A stretch of DNA of 64,000 nt from Felis catus (taxonomy: Eukaryota), in assembly GCF_018350175.1 (NCBI RefSeq), contig NC_058374.1:131440001-131504000 (forward strand), written 5' to 3'. Shown here one piece after another: positions 57,379-64,000 of the stretch (the stretch's first letter is position 1; each line of letters begins with the position of its first letter). The notes under the pieces were generated by a model, which did no database searches, was not told where the DNA came from, and worked only from the letters and a program-made list of their open reading frames with translations. A program made the translations under genes and the position numbers.

Positions 57379-60300
57379 ATGGAGGGGGGTGCTGGGACTG
57401 TCCCCTGTGAACACTTTGAGGCCAACGCGCTTGCCCAGGGTTGCTGTCAAAACTGCTTTCACCCCGAGGAGGCCCACAGAGCGAGGAGCCAGGTAGGCCA
57501 GCTTTCCTGAGCGGGTGTGGTGTTCTGGGATGGGGATGTTCATGACGGATTGCCCCTGGCTGGGCCACTCACTTGCGGCCGAACCCAGACACTGGCCTTC
57601 CTCCTGGGCAGAACCCCGGTTCTGCCGTCTGTTCCACGAGGTGCTGGGACCACAGTACGTTTCCCAAATGTGAGTCACTCTTCTGCTTTTATGATTTTTT
57701 TTTTTTTTTTGCCATAGCCTCACGCAATCTAGTACTTACTTTATTGTTCTTTAAATAAACACCCTTTTAAACTTTATATTGAAACGCAACTTTCTATCAT
57801 CCCTATAAATCGAAAACCAGGATCATATCCTTTATATAGAAGGTTAAAAAGGAAGAACGAAAAAAAAAAAATCTGAAACGTCTTTAAATTCTAGCTAGAG
57901 AGTCTTGTCGGCTGAAGGCCGGTTCTGAGCCTGAAGCTCGCTGTCTCTCTGTTACAAAGGGAGATTGGCGGGTGTTAGGGAGACATTAAAGGCACCCCAG
58001 CACCCACAGGAGACTTTCTCCTTGAAGGCATTGAAGGAGTGAAAGGGAATGTGTTTTCTCACTTGGCAAGCCGTGTGGTCTTAGGCCAAGCCCCCGCCAC
58101 ACGTAATCCCAGAGCCCTAGGAGAAGCAGGGGACCTGTGAATCTCCACGGACCCCCTCCAGCCTTGACCCCGCCTGCCTCCGCCCCCCTCCCCCCGCCCC
58201 CATGGCTCCATCATTCCCAGAGGATCCCGAGGCTCCTCTGAAGGCCGGCAGCCGGTTTATGCAGGGCGTCAGGCTCCACGAGGTGGCCATTATAAGGGAG
58301 TTGCTGTTCAGCTTTGAAAGCAGGCAAGCCAGAGTTCCAAACCTGGGTTTGCCCTTTACCTGCTGTGTGGCCTGGGGCCACTTACCCTCTCTGGCTCCAC
58401 TCTCCTAATGGGTAAAGCGGGGCAACGGGGCGTTCTCGCTCAGGGCGTCTGGCACTGTGTAGCCCAAGTCACATGTGGTTAATTCAACATTTATTTATTT
58501 TGGGGACAGAGAGAGACAGAGCATGAACGGGGGAGGGGCAGAGAGAGAGGGAGACACAGAATCAGAAACAGGCTCCAGGCTCTGAGCCATCAGCCCAGAG
58601 CCCGACGCGGGGCTCGAACCCACGGACCACGAGATCGTGACCTGGCTGAAGTCGGACGCTTAACCGACTGCGCCACCCAGGCGCCCCCACATGTGGTTAA
58701 TTCAATACACATCAGTTTCCTCTCTCCCGCCTTCCCGGCCCGAGAAGTCAGTCTGGAGGATTCTTTTCTACCTGTCTTGACACCACCAACAACAGCGCTC
58801 TACCCTCAGCCCCAAGTTCAGGGAACATGCCTGAAAGCCCCGTGGGTCTGTCTCTGAGGCACATGCCCTTCCCCAGCGGCTGGGGAGATGGCACGTGTGG
58901 GAACAGGAGGAGAAGCTTAGATACAGACAGGTCCGCATTCTAGAGTCAATCCAGCCACTTCTGGGCTGAGACCTGGGGCCAGCTCACGTGTTCACACTGT
59001 TCATACTGAACGGGTGCTTAAAAGGTGCCAGGCGTTATGCTACCCGAGAGTATGCAGAAGTGGCCCCAGGTCCCAGGGCAACCCTCTCCCTGAAGCGTAC
59101 TGTAGCTCCCCTAGGAACCTGGGTCCGGGATGCCTCTGTGCTCTGCTCTCAGCTGAGCTTTCTATAGGCTGAGAGATGGGGGAGGGATTATCCCTGGAAA
59201 TCACATGGGCCACCAGGTCAAGGCCAGGGTCTGCACGGAGGGAGGTGGGAGGGTCCTGCTGTCTGTCAGGCACACATCTCTTCCAATGTATTTATTCTTT
59301 TTTTTTTTTATGTTTATTTATTTTTGAGAGGGCGCGAGAGAGACAGAGTGTGAGCAGGGGAGGGGCAGAGAGAGAGAGGGAGACACAGAATCCAGAGCAG
59401 ACTCCAGGCTCTTGAGCTGTCAGCAGATAACCTGATGCGGGGCTCAAACTCATGAACGCGAGATCATGACCTGAGCTGAAGTCGGACGCTTAACCGATTG
59501 AGCCACCCAGGCGCCCCTATTCTTTTTTTCTTTTTTTAAGTTTTACTTATTTAAATAACCTCTACACCCCATGTGGGGCTCGAACTCACAACCCCGAGAA
59601 CAAGAGTCACATGCTTCTCTGACTGAGCCAGCCAGGCGCTTCTCAGCGTATTTATTCTTAAATGTGTTTAACATCCTATTGATTTAACACTAATGAAATT
59701 CTCTTTAATGGTTTTACATCTTTTATTATACATACGATGTACACACCGGCTCCTGTTCTAAGCCCTTTACAGGTATTAACCCGTTTAATTCTCGTGACCC
59801 CCCTAGGAGGTGGGTGCTTTTATCACCCCGGTTTTGGAGATGAGAAACCCAGGCTCAGAGAGGGAAGCCACCCAGCTGAGGTCACCCAGCTGGGAAATGG
59901 AGGTGCCAGGATTGGGCCTGATGTCTGTCTGAGGCCAGAGCCCGTGCTGACCCGCCAGACAGGAAATCAAAGCCAGGGACTGGCTACTGGGACCGCTCAC
60001 GGGGACAGTGGGTAGCGTCGGGGGCCGGGGGTGAAAGCAGGGAGGAGGTGCCATGACAGGCGGGGGGGGGGGTGTCCTGCTTGGGCCCAGCTGGGCTGGA
60101 CCCCTTTTTGGTACCCCGCGCTTCTGCTCCCTCCTCATTCATGTGGCAAGGTCCCCAGGGCGGCCAAGGCGCCAGGCTGGGCTGTGGATCTGACACCTCC
60201 CGCTGTCGAGTTCTGATCAGAATCTGGCTCCGGGGCAGGGGGCGAAACTGAACCCAGACGGGCCTCCTCTGGCTTGGACGGCACGACAGATACGCCGGCC

Positions 60301-63090
60301 CCACTCCCGGGCGCTGCCCAGGGCCCGCGGGTGGCTTTCTTGCAATCCGGGGCAGTCTCTGCCCACCCTGAACCGTGGCCAGGCTGTGGCCTCGGCCCCG
60401 GGCGCTGAGCTCCGGGGTCCCCGGGGAGCCCGTGCCCGGGGCCCCCGCCCCGCCCGGCTCTCAGGTGAGCGGGCGGGGATCAGGTTCCTGCGGGTTTCGT
60501 GTCCCGCATTGTTCTTGGCTGGGCCCCGGCTTATGAAAGAGTAATGAGGGGCCCCTGCTCGCAGCCGGCCCCTCTAAGGTTTCGCTGCCTCGGCCGCCGC
60601 CACCACCACGGCCCAGAGTCAAGGCCTGGGAGGGCGGCAGCGTGGGGGCCTGAGCCGGAGCCCCCCGGGGACGAGGGTGCTGACAGCCGCCAGCCGCCAC
60701 CGCGGAGCCCGCCGCCCAGGTAACCTGAGAGGAGGCGGGGTGCAGGGTGCTGTGGCCGCTGTCTCCCACCTCCGGGGAGGGCCCGCCACCCCGGGGAGGT
60801 GGGGAGGAATGGGGGGGCCTTCCCGGAGGTGAGCGGCCGTTCCCCCCGGGTGAGCCCGGCACCAGCCTTCGCAGGTGTGGCCCTGCTGAGGGCGAGGGAG
60901 GGACAGAAGGGCCTTGGGCTCAGGGCCCCACCCGCCCCCCTGGGGCCTGGACCCTCCCGCCCGCCCCACCCCCGGAGCCCCCTGCCCCTCCTTTAGCCCC
61001 GAAAGTCTCTCCTTCCTCCAAGGTCTTGCTCAGACCTCAGACTTCCTTTTTCACCCATTGCCTTCAGTCTCCAGGCCGGGCTGGTCCTTGTCCTCACCCT
61101 CCCCTCCTCACCCTTGTTTTCCAGCTATGGAAGACCCCACCCTGCTTTTGCGTCCCTTTGTTTACCTCCCACCCTCCGGCACACACACGTCCGCGTGCAG
61201 CAACACGCATGTAGTAATGAACTTAATGCAAACGCGTGTGTCAGCGTACCCACTCCCCGGACTTGCATACGCACGCACGTGGGCCCGCTCGCACCCGCCC
61301 GGGCTTTTGTGCAAACACCTACCTGTCCACACACATGTGCGTGCACACACCCTCTATCTCCGCCAGCCCCCCCCCCCCAGGCTTGGGTCCCAAGAGGCGC
61401 TTCCAGCCTGACGGACAGTTCTCCTTGAGAAGCCTGAGATCCCAGGAGGAGATGCCCGGACACTTCCATCCGGCCTGGTGGGGGGAGGGGCTGCGTGGGG
61501 GGGAGGGGAACCCCCACGTGGGCCAGGAGCTGCCTCCTCTCTCCAACTCTGCCCCAGGAGCGGGGGAGCCCTCCAGGTGCTGAGGTGCCTTACTGCGACC
61601 TGCCTCGCCGCCTGCCTGTCTCTGAGGGTCCTCTCGGTTCCTCGACCTCCGGCTGCCAGTCCGTGGTGGGCCTGGGCCTTGGGCCAGGGCCAGAGAGGTG
61701 GGTAGAGCCCCAGGCTTGGGGAGGGGCTCCCGAGGGGAGGATGCCCTCACCCGCCCCCCACCCTGCACCCCTTCACGATGGCAGGATCTGTCTGTGCGGG
61801 CTGCCGGTGTGGGTCATATGGTCAGGTCACACGGCCTGGGCATAGGCAGGCAGTGGGCATGTTCCTGGGGCCCTAGCTCAGTTTGCTCTGGGGAATGGAG
61901 CTGCCAGGCACCCACCCCGCAGGGGGCATGGCCCCCCACCGCTCACATTTCCTGGTTCCCTTTGCACAGCTTTAAAAGATTAAACAGTGTCAGCGCTGGA
62001 GGGGGGCGGGGGCGGGGCGCGGCACCTGTTACCACCCACCTACCTGCTCCAGGCTCTGGGATTCCCTCCACGCCCAGGCCTGAGCTGAAGTCCCTCTTTA
62101 GGCCAAGGTGCCTTGGGAGGTCGTGGTTGAGGGTCTGGAAACCTGGGTTCCAGCTTCAGTTCCATCCCTGATGGGCAAAGGGAGCATGGGCAAATGTTTC
62201 CCCTCCTCCATGCCTCAGTTTCCCTGTTTAGGAAATAGGAATTGAATCAGATTGGCTTTGCTTGGGGAACATGCATTCCTCACAGGGAGGTATTATTCTA
62301 AAAACAAAACAAAAACCAGCTCTGCCATCAAATATGTTTCAGAAAGGCTGGGATAAACAGCTTTGAATATCTCTCTTGCAAGACTTGTCAGCACCTTTAG
62401 TTTGCTAGCGGGCCTTGGGCTTTGGGGTAGGGGAGGTAGGAGAAGTGTGTGGTATGTCCGAGACTCATTTGACCACAGACCTCTTTTTCACGGCCATTAT
62501 CCCTTTCCATCTTATAGGTCAGTCTGTGGGTCACTCTTTGGGGAGACTGCCATCTGTAAGCCTTCCCGGGCCTGTGGCTGTCCTGACTGGCTTCCTAAAC
62601 CAGGGCTTTACTTCACAATGCAGCTGTAGCCCTTCCTAGCTCTGTGACCTTGGCCAGTCCCTTGACCTCTCTGAGCCTCAGTGTCTTCATCTGTAAAATG
62701 GGCATCATTACACACGTTTCAAAGGGAGACTGTTGTCGCTGAAAGAGCCGGTCCATGTGAAGAGCCCAGCACAGAGAGCCCTTGGTGTTAGCTCCCTCCT
62801 TTGCTCTAATGCGAGGTGTGTGTGTCCCTGGGTGGGGGTATCACTCCCTAATTCCCATGACTTTTGGGGGAAGAAGTCATAGGTCTGTCTCTTCTCCCAG
62901 GGGCCCGTCAGCAGGGTCCTCTGCAGAGGGCCCCACAGCCGCCCCCAGGAGCCAGGGCCAAGAGGCAGTGCCCTACCTGGAGGGTCTGGCCTCCTCCCTG
63001 AGCGGCAGCTTCGACGAAGGCCCCGACTCCGGCACCAGCTCCAGCCCTGAGTGCAACACCCCTGATGATCCCAGCGACTCGTCCTCCGTG
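57379..63090 (+). CDS. TRIOBP: TRIO and F-actin binding protein, long isoform, 5' part only; join(57379-57492,61558-61697,62901-63090), continues beyond window
   Basis: MEGGAGTVPCEHFEANALAQGCCQNCFHPEEAHRARSQ|ERGSPPGAEVPYCDLPR...|GPSAG...EAVPYLEGL matches the recalled human long-isoform N-terminus; GT-AG with phases 0/2/0; expected position downstream of NOL12. Confidence 0.92.
57650..58065. mobile_element. Old hAT-Charlie-like DNA transposon remnant
   Basis: AT-rich block with taaattctagctag...ctgagcctga.gctc..tctctctgtta.aaagggagatt motif recalled from Charlie4/MER113-type elements. Confidence 0.45.
58488..58687 (-). mobile_element. Young felid SINEC_Fc-type element lacking a poly(A) tail
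   Basis: Perfect 18-bp TSD cacatgtggttaattcaa (58470-58487 / 58688-58705). Confidence 0.94.
59293..59639 (-). mobile_element. Nested CanSINEs (full 59293-59517 inserted in the tail of short 59518-59639)
   Basis: Two reverse heads; inner TSD tattcttttttt, outer TSD gtatttattctt. Confidence 0.9.
60280..60725 (+). promoter_or_regulatory. Intragenic CpG island in TRIOBP, probable alternative promoter / first exon
   Basis: CpG-dense with GC boxes, ending in donor-like CAG|GTAACC at 60719/60720. Confidence 0.6.
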
Positions 63091-64000
63091 GTGAGCTGGG
63101 GATGAAAAGCTGGGGACACGATCGCCCCCTCTGTGCCAGCCCTGGGGTCCCGCCCACAACTCCAGACAAGGGCTGAGCCTCTCACACCAGGGAGCCGGGC
63201 CAAGGTCCTCTGGAGACTTAGCCAGCTGGACCAACCGCCTGGGAGGGGTGCGGGGGGTCTCTGCAGGGCGGGCCCAGGGGGCTGGGGCTTGGCTGCGAAA
63301 AGACGGAAGGAGTTTCAGGTGAATCACCAACCGGGTCAGCCTTCCAAAAACTCTCAAGGTCACAGAGGGCCGGGATGTCGGGCGTGCTGCCTAGACCTCG
63401 GACAGAACTGGTCCTGAGCCCTGTCCTGGTCACACACCACTGAACTCCATGACCAGCCCTGGGATAGATCTCCGAGGGACAGAGGAGAGGGAGCAGGCTG
63501 GGGGGCCCAGGGAAGGGCTGGGGGACATCTGCCTGGGAGCTTCCGGGGGTACTCACCCCTCAAAGGGCTGTCACAGGGCAGAAAAGGCAGGCTATCTGTG
63601 AGACCTCCAAGGGGAAGTGATGGGATGGCAGGTGTGGGTTCAAGAAGACTCACCACCCGCTCAGAGGTAGAGACTTTTATGGCCCCATTTTGGGGTAAGA
63701 AAACTGAGGCTTGGAGAAGGGAAGCAACTTACCTAAGGCTACCTATCTGGGAAGTGGAGGGGCGAGGCTTTGACCTCACTTCTCTCTGGACCCTGGGAGT
63801 GCCTCTGGGGACGGGGGGCTGCTGTGCCACTGCAGGGAGTCCAACTGGCCTGGGTTCAAGTCCTCCTCCCACCTCAACTGTTTCCCAGCTGTGTGACTTT
63901 GGGCGGAGTTCTGAGCACCAACATACATGCCTACCTCGTGGGTTGATTGAAGGTTAGCTAAGTTCGTGCCTTAAGGAGCCCAGCACAGTGCAGGGCATTC

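Noticed and set aside
2910-59415. Recurring peptides such as MISRFVSSSPASGSVLTAQS and [12 protein letters not shown] suggesting a gene family
   Set aside because: Translations of CanSINE copies, not genes.

Overview
Mammalian genomic DNA, almost certainly from a felid: it is dense in carnivore tRNA-derived CanSINEs, including two young SINEC_Fc-type copies. The window is syntenic to human 22q13.1 and holds five + strand spliced genes, none captured whole by the ORF track. I rebuilt them exon by exon from GT-AG boundaries and frame continuity: SH3BP1 (18 coding exons, 686 aa, BAR-RhoGAP), PDXP/chronophin (2 exons, 296 aa, HAD phosphatase), LGALS1 (4 exons, 135 aa, galectin-1), NOL12 (6 exons, 214 aa) and the 5' end of the long TRIOBP isoform (3 coding exons, continuing past the window). 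The most interesting structure is an intact SH3BP1-PDXP read-through (BARGIN/BGIN) architecture. It combines a dual-frame exon 1 opened by a CUG in strong Kozak context, a 43-nt frame-switching exon 2, and an in-frame SH3BP1 exon 17 to PDXP exon 2 junction, with felid SINEs placed where they could modulate it. BARGIN is already described in human, so this is conservation rather than a new system. Other items: a U5 snRNA retropseudogene with target-site duplications (TSDs), a TNF-like AU-rich element in the PDXP 3'UTR, a SINE with one-directional AT-to-GC drift, a tail-less SINE insertion, a putative C3H metal-binding motif at the TRIOBP N-terminus, and a 129-N assembly gap. No prokaryote-type systems (CRISPR, IS) are present. 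Comparisons to human sequences and repeat family names are from recall, not a search.
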